A stretch of 64,000 nucleotides of DNA from Raillietiella orientalis (taxonomy: Eukaryota), in NCBI GenBank assembly GCA_036172245.1, contig JAYWIR010000021.1:1426001-1490000 (forward strand), given 5' to 3'. Made by a program: the position numbers and the translations under genes. The notes below the pieces were generated by a model. The model was not told the origin of the DNA and did not search any database. It saw only the letters and a program-made list of their open reading frames with translations. Below are positions 9,954 through 24,000 of the stretch, in pieces (position 1 is the stretch's first letter; every line of letters begins with the position of its first letter).

Positions 9954-12900
9954 GAGGAGAAGGCGTATTATTAGGTGGTTGTCTCGCTGTGGGTACAGAC
10001 TCCTCCAGCTACGTGACAGCTCGCACGCACCGGGGAAATGTGGTGCGAAAGGCTTCCGTGTTTTGTTTTGTTTTTCTTTCAAAAGCTTGTCGCATTCGAT
10101 TTGCCGTATCGGTTGCTGCATTTGGCTCGGATGATTCTGCAGGCCGACCTCGCTGGACGCCACGGAGATCTCTTTTTTTGTCCGTTCGCTCTGCCTGGTA
10201 GACGTAGTGCAGTTGCTCCAGAGCGTCCTCTTTAACGCAGTGTGAAAGAGTGGAACTGGTGGTGGTTGTCTGTTGCACGTCGAGTTCACCTTCCCTTTTT
10301 TTTTTTTTTCTTCTTTCTCCGTCTTCCGTTCTACGCCGAAAGCATTCGCCGTCTGCCGGATGGTACGACGAAACTGTTGGAGGACGCTGTCCCAGGGAAA
10401 TGGAACAACTCGGCTGGTTTGAGGGCTCAACGAAAGTCAGCACGGATGACCGTTATCGGTTACAAGAGAGATGCGGAGTAATGTACACTTGAAACGCAAT
10501 GTACTCGGAGTTCATTGCAACCAGCCTATGACGCACCGCGGTGCGGGATATGCACTTCAAATGCCCACGGCTGAAGGCGCGAATTCGGGCACCATGGAAC
10601 TATTATAATAGCAGCCTATTTATAGGGGTCATCATGACCAAGTTCCTTGAAATTGATGTCAAATCCATTGGGGACGGTTTGAGAACGCGTTCAGAAACAT
10701 TTTATCGTGCGTTCCTTTTCCGAGCTACGGTGCAGCGGCGTGCCGTTTGCCAGAGCGACTGGCATTCCTGTGCGCCCACCTTTATGTGGACGATAAACAT
10801 GCCGAATCGATGCGAACCAATAAAGCCGGCTTCCGGTTCTGGCGCTGGTTTCCTGTCGACGCACCATTGCGTGGTCTCGGGTTTCTGCTGTGTGTTGGTG
10901 TACGGTCCGATGTGTGGTCACTCGCATATCGCCCGTCAGCCTTTCCGGAGGAGTGCGACACTTAAGGAGGCGCCGCCGGCTGGTGAATCCCTCGGCCCGA
11001 CCCCGTGGGTTCTCCCTTGCGGTCCGCGGGTCGGCAGAACACGCGTGCGTCACCGGCCGCCGGGCCACGGGAGCGCGCGGGTCGGCCGGTCGACCGGCTG
11101 CACCGGAAGACTCCGGAACGGCGCGCATTAGACGTCTCGAAGGAAGGGGAAGTGCTGATTCACATTTCCTTCGGGCGAGGGTGCGAAACGCGGAGGTGCG
11201 TGCGGGGGAGGGAGTTCCGCTTCGCGAGATGCGCGAATGAGGAATGCAGCCGTTGAAAGCGCGCCGTGTCACGCGCCCCGATGCGACTGACGTGCGAAGA
11301 GAGCGGGTAATTTCGTATCGGGATGACTGATTCCGGTTTCGGTTTCCATGGCTGCCGAATCTGCAGATGTTAGCGGTCCGGGCTCGAGATGCAGCGGCGC
11401 CTGCCGTTGTTGTCCTGGCTGCGTTTCCGGGAGTTCCGGCGCGCGCCAACTCCGCGCCTTTCCCTCTTTCCCCGAAGAGTTCTGCGTTCCGGTGATTTCA
11501 AGCGTCCCCCCTCCTCGTCCCCGCCCGCGACCCCAGAGAAGAGGATCAGCTGGAATCCGGCACGGGAACCCGGGATCAGACTCTCGCCTGGAAAATCTCG
11601 GGGTGACCACGCATTCTCCCCTCCTTACGTGATCTGCACACGCATGGGTGGGGGGGGATACGCTGCTCCGCGCGGGAGAACAAAAGCGAGTTGACGCCTC
11701 GCCAGCTGGAAGCGCGCGCGGGCCCAACTCTGAGGGCGCGCGCGGAACGGGAGCGGCGGTCGGGATCGGAACGCTGATCCCCCTCGCTCGCTCCCTTCTC
11801 CCCTTCCGGAAACCCAGCAGTGCAGCTGGCATGCCTGCTCCCGCGCGGCCGATCAAAACGCCGAACGATCTCCTCCGGATGCCACGGGCACCAGCGACTT
11901 TCCATCTGTGCCGCCCCGCCATGTTGCCCACTTTCACCCTTCGTTCTTCTCCACACGGCGGCGCAGCTCTTCAATCTGCCCTTCCGAGAAAAAAAAAAAA
12001 AATTCGAGGCGAAACTCGGTTCCAACTGAATTCAACTGCACCGAAAATTTACCACGAATCCCGCATCCTCCTTGGGGATCCATCGCTGCTCCCCAATAAC
12101 CTCCATTCGTCTTCCTACAGTGCGTCCACGTCCTAGGGGCGCCGGTCCGACAGGCGCTCCCTCTGTGGACGGATGGCGCGAGTGACGTCCGAGGTCTCGG
12201 CGTTCCCCGCGAGATGCCGCGCGGGACGGCGGCTCGCGCTTCAGCGCCTTAAGAGCAACGGAGGCGGCACGCCCTTCGTTCCTCCGAGGAGCAGCAGAAG
12301 AGGCTCGCCAGGAGTCTCCCGGAGCAGCTGCGCGGGCACAGCAGCCACCCCCTTCCGGCCTGCCCTTCAACTCTGGTCCTCTCGCGGTTCAGGGCAGCGG
12401 GCGCTCCCTTCCCCTCCTATCCCCCGGAGGTCTTCTGGCCACTCGAAGAGAGCTCGGGCGATGGAGGAAAGCGCTCACGCGCCAAGAGCTGCCTCCTACT
12501 CCGTCCCTGTCCTCTCTCGGGTACTCCGATGACGTCACGCACGTTCGGCTCTCCCGCGGCGCAAAACTCTGGGGGTCCTCCGAGCTCCGAGGGTCTCTCC
12601 AGAGGGCCTCGGCTTGAGGGAGGGGATATCAACCAGTCGAGGTCTTCTCTCACGAGGGAGAGGGATGGAAGCTTCGTCCTGGCTGGAGCGGTCGCCATGG
12701 AGATCCCCCAGTTCTTGAGCTCCCGAGGCGGCGAAGGAGTCTGTCCGTGGAGGATCCTGGCGTCCATGAAAACTGATGTCCCGGGACCAGCGAGTCCTGT
12801 GGTGCTTCATCCATCTTCCGGGAGCAGGAAGCTATCAGCTCCAGACTTTGCGCCCACTCACACTTCTCGCTCGGGAACGTCCGCATGCCTCCGGGACACA

Positions 12901-13299
12901 GGCCAGGAGAGTTGCGCGACCTCTGCCGCCTTCGGGAGCTCCAGCGGTGCCTCACAACGGCTCGGGGCAAAGCCCCGCCGGCGAGCGGCGGTCGGTATCA
13001 GCTGTGGACTCCGGTCGCTTGCACCGCGCCGGCCGTGACGAGACAAGAAGAGACTTCCGCGTCCCGGGAAGGGCGGGGGAGCGACTCGCCCCCTTTTTTC
13101 TTTCGCCGCCTTTTTTCTTTCACCTCCCGGCTCCTCGTGCGTTGCACGGTGAGCCGAGAGGGCGAATGGCGGAGCGCTGCAGCCCGGAAGCGAAAGGCAG
13201 GTTGGCGAAGAGGGAAGGCGTCTTTCCCGGGCTGCTGGGGTTGAGGGGCCGTGAGAAGTAGGGTGGCAGCTACGGCATCTCTCGGAGGAAGACAGTCGA

Positions 13300-13524
13300 C
13301 GGAAGGCATCTTCCCCATCCGTCGGCGAAGAAGAAGCTTGGGAAGTCACGGAAAGAGTCCCCTGCTGCCTCCTCCGAGAGCAGCGAAGGGTCAGACGTGC
13401 CAACCAGCTCGCTCTTGCCAACGCACTGTCCTGTCTACAGGGGCGCAGACCGTCGCCGTCGACGGCGCTCGAGGTGGCGGCCATCATGGATCCTCAAACG
13501 GCGAAGAGGCTGCAGGAGGCGGGC
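13300..13524 (+). mobile_element. Diverged repeat copy, probable Ty3/Gypsy pol (RNase H end) remnant; partner inverted at 14845-15085
   Basis: Aligns by eye with the reverse complement of 14845-15085. Translates (frameshifted) as EGIF...RANQLALANALSCL, resembling TDHxPLxGIF...GxxNxxADALSRL. Confidence 0.45.
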
Positions 13525-14844
13525 GCCTGCTCACAGACGCTGCGACGAGCGTCCCCACGACTCCGACACAGGAATTCCAGGATAAGTATCGACCTCCTGA
13601 GCCCTAGAAACGGCAATGGTCATCTCGAGTTCCCCTGAGCGCCTGACGGCGGACGGCCGCGACCCTCGGGACACTCAGCGGATCTCGCGGACCTCCGAGT
13701 TCATCCGCCCCAAACTCGCCCCAGCAAGGAGAAGACGAAGGATTCTCGGGTAGGGATAGGGAGCTGTAGGAAGACTTCTCCGCACCAGCTGGGACGCGGC
13801 TCGTGACCCTCTGTAGATGCCCCGAAGGGCCTGAATGCGACCAACACGGTGCGGAGGACTCCCGTCATCCGGTCATCCAGGTCCAGGTCTCCTCGGGGCA
13901 CCATCGCGAAGGAGTCTCAAGCGACCCGAGTGTGATGAATCCAGGCAAGACGGTGGTCACGGCGAACAGACCGGATGCCGCCTCTTTTTGCCCGGCACCA
14001 CTGACCAAGCGAAGACTGAGCGGTTGCTTCGGCGGAACCCTCCTGGTCGGACCCCCTATGCCTTCACCTTGCTGCTCGGCTCGCCGCAAACACTACCGCC
14101 GGCAGACAGACTTCTTTTCTCGGACTACCGGATCCCGTGACGTCAACCCGAGTCGCCTCGTTCGCACTGCCGCCGCCCACGGCGCTCGGGAAGCGCACTA
14201 TCCTGAGCTTCCCGAGGGCATCCGTCACTTCCGCGGCCTCTTCTTCCGTCCCTAAGGAGCCAGGATTTCCAGGTCGGAGTGGGCACCCACATGCTACCCA
14301 CCCCGTCCACCCTCTCGAAGTGGAAAAGCGCGTTCTGATTTTCCTGCTGAACTTTGACCTTCGTTTATTCCCCCGCCATATTTACCGGGAATGTACGGAA
14401 GACTTTGGGGTGGTCGCCGCGCCAACGCCTCCTTCTCCTCCTCCTCTTCCGCAGAGGGTCGGCGTTCCTCGCAGGATGGGGATGCGGAAGGAATGTTGTC
14501 CTTGCGAGGCGATCGGGGAGGGATTCATTCGCCCCATTCGTTGCGCCTCCCCGCGCGAAAGGGGTGGGTAGCGAAACATCAGAAAGGAGGAGGCTAGAAG
14601 ACTCCTCTCGGCGACGCGGCAGGCGACCCAGTTCGCGAACGGATCGCCGTTCCCGGTTCCCCCTCCTCTCCCATCGCGCCAGAGTTTCCCCGTTTCAGCA
14701 GCTGCCTCTTCCCAGCTTGCTCATCCAGAACTCGCCAGACAGCACCGTTCAGTCGCCATTTTGGCGAGGTTACCTGAACTTCCAAAAAGTTCACGGGAGA
14801 ACCCTACGGCGAGCTTCCGACTTCGGGTGAAGAGCTTTTCCCGT

Positions 14845-15085
14845 GCTCGCCTCCTGCAGCCTCTTCGCCATTTGGGGATCCACGACTGCCGCCACTTCGA
14901 GCGCCGTCGACGGCGACGGTCTGCGCTCCTGTAGACAGGACGGTGAGTTGGCACGTGCGAGCTGGTTGGCACGTCTGACCCTGATCGACGGTCCCTGCCC
15001 TTCGCTGCTTTCGGAGGAGGGGGCAGGGGACGGTTTCCAGGACTTTCCAAGCTTCTTCGCTGGCGGATGGGGAAGATGCCTTCCG
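14845..15085 (-). mobile_element. Second, inverted copy of the 13300-13524 Gypsy-like remnant
   Basis: Reverse-complement similarity to 13300-13524; reads (LTDGRTA)EGIF...RANQLARANSPSCL. Confidence 0.45.
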
Positions 15086-16754
15086 CGGTCCGTCCGTCCG
15101 TCAAAGGATGCAGCATCCTTGGAAGCACCGTCAGCAAAGGTCGGGACTCCGAGGATTTTCCCGGGACTTCTCCGCGACCTCCCGAGCTCCCGCGTCCCCG
15201 TCGTCGTGTTCCCAGCTCCCCGATACGGTGCTTTCTAGCGGGTGCGGACTCGGAAGGAGGGAAGGGCCCACGGCGAGGGCACTTTCATCCCTCCTCATGC
15301 CGCCTCGCGGAGGAAGGCCACTCCCGTGCAAGTGGCACCGAGGAGGAGAAGGGAACCAGGATGGTCCGAAAACGGAGAACCCTCCCTGCCCCCCCTCGCC
15401 CTCTCCCGGGAGGCGGGGCGATTTCTTGCGGTTCCCGAGAGCTCCCTTCCCGTGGTGGCGCAGAGCGCCGAAGGTACCACGCCCGAGTTGCGCGGTCACG
15501 GCGTCGCACACTCCAGCTGCTGCTTCCATTCCTCCTCCCTTCCAGATGCGTCCAGCGCTGTGTTTACAAGAGGTGTGGGTGGCAGGGAATCTTCTCAGTA
15601 TCACCCGCTGCTTGGTCCTCTGACGTGACCCTCTGCAGGGCCCTGGCTGCAAGGAGCTCTTGCGGCGGGAGGAGTTCTGATGCGGGTCCGGGCGCGACCA
15701 CAAAACCAGGGAGACCAGCAAACCTCTCCTCAAACCTCCCGCCTGACCAGCCGGCGTGGAGTTCGCATCCGCATGACTGCAGCAGGAGGGGTGGGGGTCC
15801 AGCCTGCTAGCAGCTGCCGACTCTCTTCATCGGCGGTCTCGGGGGTTTTTCCCGGAGGCACGTGAGGAGCACCGAAGCCTCCTTTGCGTTTCGCGGTTCC
15901 CGCTGCTCCTCGCAGCATCCAAGGCGCAGGATGACGGGAAAGCGAAGCGCGCACTCATCCCGGCGGTCGGCTGTTGGGTGCTCTTGGAATGCGTCGGAAG
16001 CGTCGTCGGGAACCTACGCCCGGCTCTTCGGAACGTCCCATTTTCCCCTTAACGCCTGAAAAAGGCGGGGATCCCGGAAGCCTGGAATGACGGCGGGTCC
16101 TGAGTGGCCCCAAGTCCGAAGGGAGAGGTCGTGGGACCACCGCTGGGTGCGCATCCGCTGAAACCTGCTTTGTTTCCGTTGTTCACCCAGAGACTTCTTA
16201 GGGCGGTTCCCGGAAGCCGCTGCCGATCCCGTATTTGTTGATTGCCCGGGCATCTCGGACATTTACGGGATTGGCGAGTCCGAAAGCAAAAATCTCCCTT
16301 CGTACCCCCACTTTCACTGGATGGCAGTCTGCCAGCACGTGGCGATCTGCACCGCTTGGAGCGCGAAGCGTGAGAAAGAAGCGCGCGCTCAGGAAAGGGC
16401 AGCCGTCAGACCCCAGGAAACGGGGGAGGTCATGCGGGACCCTCCTCCCATCCTGGGAGAGAGAACGCGCGAGACCCTTCCCGGAGGAGGCCAGCAGATG
16501 GTCTGCGCGAGAGCTCTTGCCCCGGATGCGACAGCTCCCGCAAAGAGGAGCTGCTGCAGCAGCCTCGCCTTCGTGCCCTTGCGCGACCGCAGAAGGCAGC
16601 GAGGGAGGAGGTTGCCTCCCGGCGCAAAGGGGGAGGAGAGTCCTTGGCGACCTTGCTGCCTCCTGACCCCTCGCGGCCCAGCTCTGGCGCCTACACACCG
16701 ATTGACGCGGCAACCGGTTGCTTTCTCTTGGGAGCGAATCCCGAAGGGAACCTC

Positions 16755-17156
16755 CCTCTTCCTGATTCTCTCCGGAGGGCCCCCCGGGAAGGATCCGCTT
16801 CTCGTTTTCTCCTCTGAAGAGAACTCTGAAGGGATGCTTCCCGATTTCCCTAAAGGAAATCTTCTTGACGCTCTGGAGAGGTGTGGTCAACACACTGGCT
16901 CCATGGTACGATCTCCCCCTACGACTCCCTTTTCACAGCCGGAGGGGAGAACCCCGAAGGGTTGCTCGATTCCTAGAAGCACCCCGGGGGGTCGACTTCC
17001 GATTCCGGCCAGTCAGCGGGGGCATGGGGGGTTTCCAGCTGCTTGCACCAGTTTCCACCAGTGCCGCACTCGAGGCCGACGAGCTTTATCCTTCGGGGGA
17101 CACTCCAACTCCACGGCGCATTCCCATTTCTCGGTGGGCGTCGATCCTCCCCCGGG
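16755..17156 (-). mobile_element. Diverged interspersed repeat (copy 1), possibly a Penelope-like GIY-YIG endonuclease remnant
   Basis: Clear similarity to 22479-22837 (attctctccggaggg...ggatccgct...tctgaagagaac...catggtacga). Minus-strand fragments GGNWCKQLETP, HPFRVLFRGENEKRIL and ERIRKRE weakly recall a PLE endonuclease. Confidence 0.35.
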
Positions 17157-20100
17157 TGGGATTCGGATTCGCAACGCGCGGAGGCTGCAACGCCGTCAGC
17201 GGTTGCTTGGATTCCACCGCCGAATAGGTGGTTCCTCTGGTCCATCAGGGTCCTCGTTATGAACTCTCGACATTGCTGACCGTGCGTCTCGAGGATGAGT
17301 AATGCCCCTGGCTGGAACCTGGTCGAGATGGGAGCTTCCGGGTCCGTGTTTCTCGCAGCCGAAGAACGCCTAGGGGCCATCGGTCTCTACTCCGCCGATA
17401 GCGACCCGCAGGAGGTGTGGACCGCCGCCGCTAGGGCGCTTCCTCGACCGAGAAGCAAACGACCGAGCTAAACGCAGAACGCTTCTGGGGGAGGCCGTGG
17501 AAGAGACTGCGCTTTTTCTTCCTTTCGACTCTCCCACGAAAGGGGAAAAATCTTATCGGCCTGGACTGCAAGACGAGACGATGCAGGGGAGGGGAAAGCA
17601 TACCTGGACACGTGCCTGATCTCCATGGACCTTCAGCATAGCCCTGGACAAACTCATCATCATGCCCTACAAGAAATCGAGGGAGAAGGGCGACTGGAGT
17701 TGGCAATCTGGGAGCTCCGCGCCAGCACCCTCGCCTCTGGCAGCCTGACCTCCGCTCTACGAAAGACACGCCAATGCTGAGGGTGGCCCAGCGAGTTTCC
17801 TCATGGAGCCTCCGAAGCCTTCTTGCAAACGCGGACTGGCCTGGGAGAGAAGCCGTTTCCTAGCACGTGCAGATGACCTGGTCCATTCGGGAAATCGGTT
17901 CACGTGCACATCCCAGGCTGCTCATCCGACTTGCATGAAGCTGGTCTGGCCACCCACACCAACCACGAGCACCTTCCCGCGCCTTCTCGGAGCGGCGCGG
18001 CAAAGAGCACTCAGAGCGTGGCTTCCCGGGAAGCCGTCCCTCTACTTCAGGTCCACGGCACACGCAAATTTCTCGGGAGACCTAGACTTGAACTCGGCGG
18101 AATCTTGCGGGTATCATCTGTGCCTTTTTCGTGGACGTCATAGGAATCTTCCTGAGCCTCGTCCGCTGGCAGGGATCCCCGAGGTGCTTAAAAAAAAGGG
18201 AGGGTCTCAGATAGCAGCATCCGTATCAGCACACGAGAAGATGCTCGAGCTTGGCGAGCAAGGAGACCAACGATTGTCTGTGCGTAGAGCGATGCGGAGG
18301 ACTCTTCGGCCTCCATGACGAAGCAGATGATCTTGCGGTCGCAACAGCTGCCGTTTAAGTGCAATCTGAATGAAGCCAAAAGAGTCTTCAGGGGTTAGCC
18401 CGGAACACCCCGAGAGCAATACTGCCGATGAGAATCCTCAAGGACTCCCACAGATGAGAAGGTCCATGGCAGATCTCGCAGTGGATGAACAGATCCGACC
18501 CATTAGCGACGTGAGGAGTTTGCGGACGAGGGGATGCCACGTCTCCTGACACCTGCAGGAGATCTGGGTGTCTCGATGACAGCGGCAAGGAACCAACTCT
18601 TTCCCTCAACAAGCACCTGCGGACCAGAACTCGCCGCTGGCCTGCGCCATATTCCAGTCCAGGAACCGTGGCGTTTCTTCTTGGAGAACCGCCAAGTGCA
18701 GGGGAAGGTCATGTCCCGCATAATCCCAGCGTTGCATTCCCAGCCACTTCTTCCATGGGGACTACATGCGTTTTGCAGGTGGACGCTCCGCGCGTCAGGC
18801 TCGGCTCTGGTCTCCTTCCTGCAGGGGGCACGCCCATCAGAGGCGGTTCCAGCAGCATGAGCGGGGACTGCGCGACTTGGAAAGCGAATCGCCTCTTCGG
18901 CACATCTTCGGCCGACTCACCTACAACGCGGCCACGGCGAGTCAGCCGACCAGACCAAGAGGATGGCTGCAAGGGAGCAGTGGAGGGCCTGCCTCCTCCC
19001 CTATCCAGCCAGCCTCCACCTGGACCTGGCACCTCGAGCTGAAGGTCGGGTCATTCTACCCGATGCGAGACCAGCCAGCGACTTCCGGAGACGCCTGCTG
19101 TCGCCTGGACCTGTCTTCTTCTTCTCCGGGGAAGCGCCATCGTCGGTGCATGCTCACGTGGAGGGATGTCCTGGAAAGAGGGACTGGACCAGACAAGGGC
19201 AGAGGCGAGCCGTCCACCTGAGCAAGGAAATGGCCTCCGGAAGCATCGAGGACTCCTTTTCCCCGTCCGCCGGGGGCATCACAAACAAGCCCTTCAGTTG
19301 TGCCACCGCCGCCCATGAGAGAAACCTCCAGGCATGGAACGAGCGGGCAGCCGAACCTGCAGTGACGGCGGCCGAACGTGAAGGGGCAGTTGGCTGCTTC
19401 TTGCAGAGGTGAAAAGATCCGGACGGGATCGCGAGATCCCAGTCCCGTCTCGAGCTGGATCCGAAGCGGGAACGGCGAGACAGACGCCCGCTTTTCCCGC
19501 TCGCAGACACGTCAGATGCCAGTTTCTCCCCCTGCTGCACCCATGGCGCTTAGTGACACGAAAGTGTTCGCGTGCATATCGGCGGTAACGAGTCGGAAAC
19601 AAAGACCCACGTGAAGGGAGCACACCTGCGACGGTGCTGCCACGCGCTGCACAGGGAAATTAGCTCTGGTGCTGGTGCGCGCTGCGCAGCAAGAGTCTTT
19701 GTCCAGCGAGCCATATTGCAACGAAGAAGTAAAAGGAGAACCCCCTCCTCCCCTTCCTTAGAAAAAAAAAAAAGGAAAGACGACGAGTAGTACCAGATGG
19801 AAGACACTTTGGTGCCTCAGTTGAGCGCTCGACTGTAAGAGAACTCGCTGCAAGGGTACGCGAGATTTTCGTCAGCTCAGCGAAAGGGTTGATTCTCTCT
19901 ACTTACACGTCACGCGCGGCTTGGCTGTTGCGGAGGTTTTGACGGCGGATGCCGGAAGCAATTCGACACTCGCGCAAGACGCCCAGGCCATAACCATTTG
20001 TTCAGTATTTGTTCACTCGGTGGCCGCTGGGATTCGTCCGCGGAGCGTTTGTCTCTTCCACTCGAAATGGACGTTTATCCACTTGATGGGCAGGTGAGAT

Positions 20101-20739
20101 TTCTCCACCCCGGAGACGACTGCTCGCAAACAGTGGTGCACGAGTCCAAGTCCGCAGGAATCGCAGAGCAGGGGAGCGACGAGGGCCTCCTGCTTTGCTC
20201 TCTGCGACCTGTCCCTGACGGAGCGGCACGCCCACCGGGACAGGTGCCTTGCTGCTCGCCTCCTTCTCGGGCATACCGCGGTCCTCTTCAGGAGCGGAGA
20301 GCCCACTGGGAAAAGCCCGCCTTGCGGGGCACCCGCTGCGTACTGGGAAGGAAACCCGGGAGACCCCCGGAGCCGGAAATCGAGTCCAGCTCAGGAAGTC
20401 ACCGGATGGGGTGGTGGTCCGCCGAGGCGGAAGCGCGTTGCGGATCCGAAAGGCGGGGTCTTCCGACCAAGGAAGCGCTGCAGGAGCGCGGTCTCTGTGC
20501 CCGCAGTGAATTCCTTGGGGTGCTCCCCAAGGAATTCACTTGAAAGTGGGGTGCTCCACTTTCAAGTCGTCGAGGAGATGATCTGGTTCCTTCCCCGCGG
20601 CATGAACCCGAGAACAGCTCGCCGGTCGTGATGGGGGAACGGTGAGATCGGGCTGAGACCCATCCAGATTCACCGAGGAAGGGGTATACGGCCTCACAGG
20701 CGGATGTGCGGGTGATCTGCAGTCACTGCAGCAGTAACT

Positions 20740-21520
20740 CATGCGAGATTACCGGGCTGCGGCACGAATGTGCTTCGTTCTACCGGAGGGGATTTAGAGC
20801 CCTCTCCGTATGTTTTGTCCATGACCACTAGGGTCACGGAAGACAAAGTCAGCAAACATATGGGCCTTGAGATGAGGATGCGAACATCTTGTCTCTCCCT
20901 CCCTTTGCCCCTCTGCTAATCCTTTCCACTTGCCGCTCCCTTTCCTCCCGTATACGCTTCCTCTCTGCAGTTCAGCTCAGTGCCATCTATTGAGAGCTCT
21001 GAAAAGCGCACCTGCTGCAAACCATCAACGCCGCTCGTCAGCGAACAGGTTCTCCGCCCCTCTCCCTGCTGCGTTCCCAGCCGCTCCACTACTGCTCCGG
21101 GAGTCTGTTCGAAGCGGTGGGTCGGGAGACGAATCCTTTCTTGAGTTAGTCGTGGTCACGGTCTCGAGGAACTCTGGAGGGAAGTCAGGCTCGTGTCCAA
21201 CGACTCTGTTATTTTCGTCGGCGACGGCAGTTCTACTAAATCCAGCACGGGATGAGACCGGAAGCAGGTCCATAGTTACCTAGAAACGTCGAGCGGGTTC
21301 TCCCTGTCGTTTCTCGTGGATCCGCCTGCCCGTGTTGTCATCTCCCGGGAAGGTGGTGCGCGCCTTCCCGATGGGAGTTTTCATGCTCGAGCCGAATCCG
21401 GGATCTCTCACACAGCAGTCCGCGGATGAGTGGGGTGCGAGGTCGTCCTTGCGGGTCCCCCACATCTGAACCATCCCTTGAGAGGTTCCACACCTCCGCC
21501 GCTGCCACCGGAACAGACGC
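20740..21520 (-). mobile_element. Degenerate Ty3/Gypsy integrase remnant
   Basis: Ordered broken motifs: QGMVQMW...ADCC (Zn-finger-like), PARRF*VTMDLLP, GFSRTAVA, PLRTD, KHIRAA. Contains stops and frameshifts. Confidence 0.4.
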
Positions 21521-22419
21521 AGCGCGTTGGCGCCTCGGTCTCGCACACCTTCAGCGACTGCGCTCTTCGTTCACCCCTTCGCTCGGAGCCTTCCAACTTC
21601 CCCCGGGGGGGAAGGCTTTCTCGCCCCATCCTCGCGACCCGCGCGCAACCACGGTCGGTCAGTCGCACGCGTCCCGTCCCGTCCCGTGCGCGGACTGGCA
21701 CGGTCCCGACTCTCCGACGCTCCAAAGAGGCTCGGTCGCTCTTGAAGGGCCAACAGGACAGCGAAGACCGGACTACGAAGACCTCCTGCTCTGACCGAGG
21801 GCATCCTCCCAGCATCTCCCGGTCCGAGTGGCACGCCCATGACCTGCCTTCGGGAGGAAACTCAGGAGACCCCCCCGGAGCTGGAAGGCACCACGCGGTC
21901 CTCTGCGGAGAGTCTTCCTTGCTTCCGGCCACTGCGGACGTGCGGCTCTTGCGGACGAGAGCGATGCTTCCAGGGGCGCTCCTCGGGTTTTCTCCATGGA
22001 TACGGGAGTTTCGTAGCTCGAGCAGGAGCGGAGGGCGGCGGAGGCTGCTGCTTCTTGGGAAAAGGGGGCGAGAAGTCGCTCCCGAGGTTGAGTGAAGGTC
22101 TCCAGAAGGTGCAGCGAGGGCTTGCGGCCCTTCCGACCGGAGGCGGTGAGCACTTCAGGACGAACCTGTCTTGGGGCAGTTCAAAGGAGTCCGTCCCGGG
22201 GAGGGTCATCGGTGGCTAGCCCGTCATGTCCGCCATCGACGCGCGTGCGTGCCACCAACGATGAGTCGAAGCTGAGGGTCGGCTGGTGTCGACTCTTCAG
22301 GATAGGGTACTTCGGGACCTGGGACTATCCTATGAATCCAGGAAGGGGCTCCAGAGGAGGGAGTCCGTCCCTCTCACGCCTGGGGAGGGATCCCCGGAGG
22401 TGGGTGTATTGGAGGGTGC

Positions 22420-22837
22420 AATTAGGTAAGAGATAGTTTATTAATTTAGAAGATTAGGTTGGTGCTGATGTTTATTTGCCTCTCCCTTATTCTCTCCGGA
22501 GGGACCCCCGGAAAGGATCCGCTCCCTGTCTTCTCTTCTGAAGAGAACCCCGAAGGGTCGCTTCCGAATTTTCCCTGAAGGGTCGCTTCTTGACACCCTG
22601 GCGAGGTATCATCAATCCACCTGTGTCATGGTACGAGAAGGAGGGTCGCCCCCGAGGGGGATGGGGACGGCCTCCTTTTCGCAGCTGGGGGAGGGCACCT
22701 CAACGGGCTCCGCGATTCCTGGAAGGACTTCCACCAGTACCGCACTCGAATAGAGGCCAACCAGCGTCATCTTGCGGGGGGGAAGAACTCGAAACCCACG
22801 GCGCACCCATTTCCCGGGGGATCGACCCTTCCCCTGG
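22420..22837 (-). mobile_element. Diverged interspersed repeat (copy 2) with AT-rich distal end, possibly Penelope-like
   Basis: Partner of 16755-17156. Continues into ERIRERQINI / HQPNLLN-like frames, recalling the RxIRExxxIxxxxPNLxN end of PLE GIY-YIG domains. Confidence 0.35.
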
Positions 22838-24000
22838 AGACCCTTTCGAACCCGCGACTAGCGGAGAGCGCGGCCGATCTGCAGTGCTCCACGGCAGGTG
22901 AGGGGGACCCGTCCCCCGGGGAGGGAGTCTCTGGAGTAGCGGAGCCAGCGACGCCGCAGCACCTCCGGGGAAAGAAGGGAGGAGGAGGGGGAAGACGGAG
23001 ATGCTGTCGAGCCAAGGGAAGATCTGATGGAACGCGCGCAGTCGGAAAAAAAAAAAAAGGCGGAAAACACACCGGCGACATCAATCAAAGAGGAGCAGCG
23101 CTGCTAGGGCGCTTGCCTGCCCGCGGAAGGTGGCGGCAGCCGCCTCCGGGGCTGCAGGGCAGGAAGGCGGCGTGAGCGCGCCGCCACCGCGGAGCGGCGC
23201 TAAACGCGCGGCGCCTCGCCGTGACAATGGAACGGAAGGAAGATGCTCTTCCGCCTGCGTGATGGGTATTTCCGGGAAATCGCCTCCTCGTCCGCCGTTT
23301 TCGCAGCACGCTGGAAAGGGAAGGAGGGAGGTGGGAGGGGGGGGGGGAACAGGTTTGCCGCCTTCTTCCTCCTCCCCTCCCCCTTTCCTCCTTTCTCGCT
23401 ATCCTCGAAGCGCGGATTCCTGCGCCTCCAAGAGCACGCGCGTGCTCACGCATGTCATCTCGGAACTCGTCGTCGTCGTCGTCGTCCTCCTCCTCCCGAG
23501 GGAAGCAGGAGGAGGAAGTCCTCTCCTTTCCCCCCTCCCTGCTTTCCGTCCGCCTCTTTTCGGAGGGTGCCGGGAGCGCCGTCGTTTCTCTTCCTCCTCG
23601 ATCGGCGACAGATCCGGACCGGTTAAACCGGAGCGCCGCGAGATCGCACGGCTCCCTCGAATCCGCGCCTGTTCCTCTCGAAGATAAACTGCTCGCACGG
23701 GATCACACACGCGGGAAAACTTGTTACTTGATATTACCGCGAGGAATTGGCAGTGATGCCAAATACCGTGACCCTTCCAGGAACCTCGCAGGCCTAATTA
23801 TTGGTGAGTACCCTACGCTCCGAGACTCCTCCTGCTCCCTTTACTTAAGCTGCTGCTCGCAGCACCCGGAGGAAATGAAAGAAATATATTTCCGTTCCCC
23901 GAGATGACAACCGTGTCCCTATTTCCCAATACTTACCAGGAACGCGCGCATAAATGGTCCCTGCGCGCCGGAGGAATGTCTCGATCTCCGAGGGCGCCGG

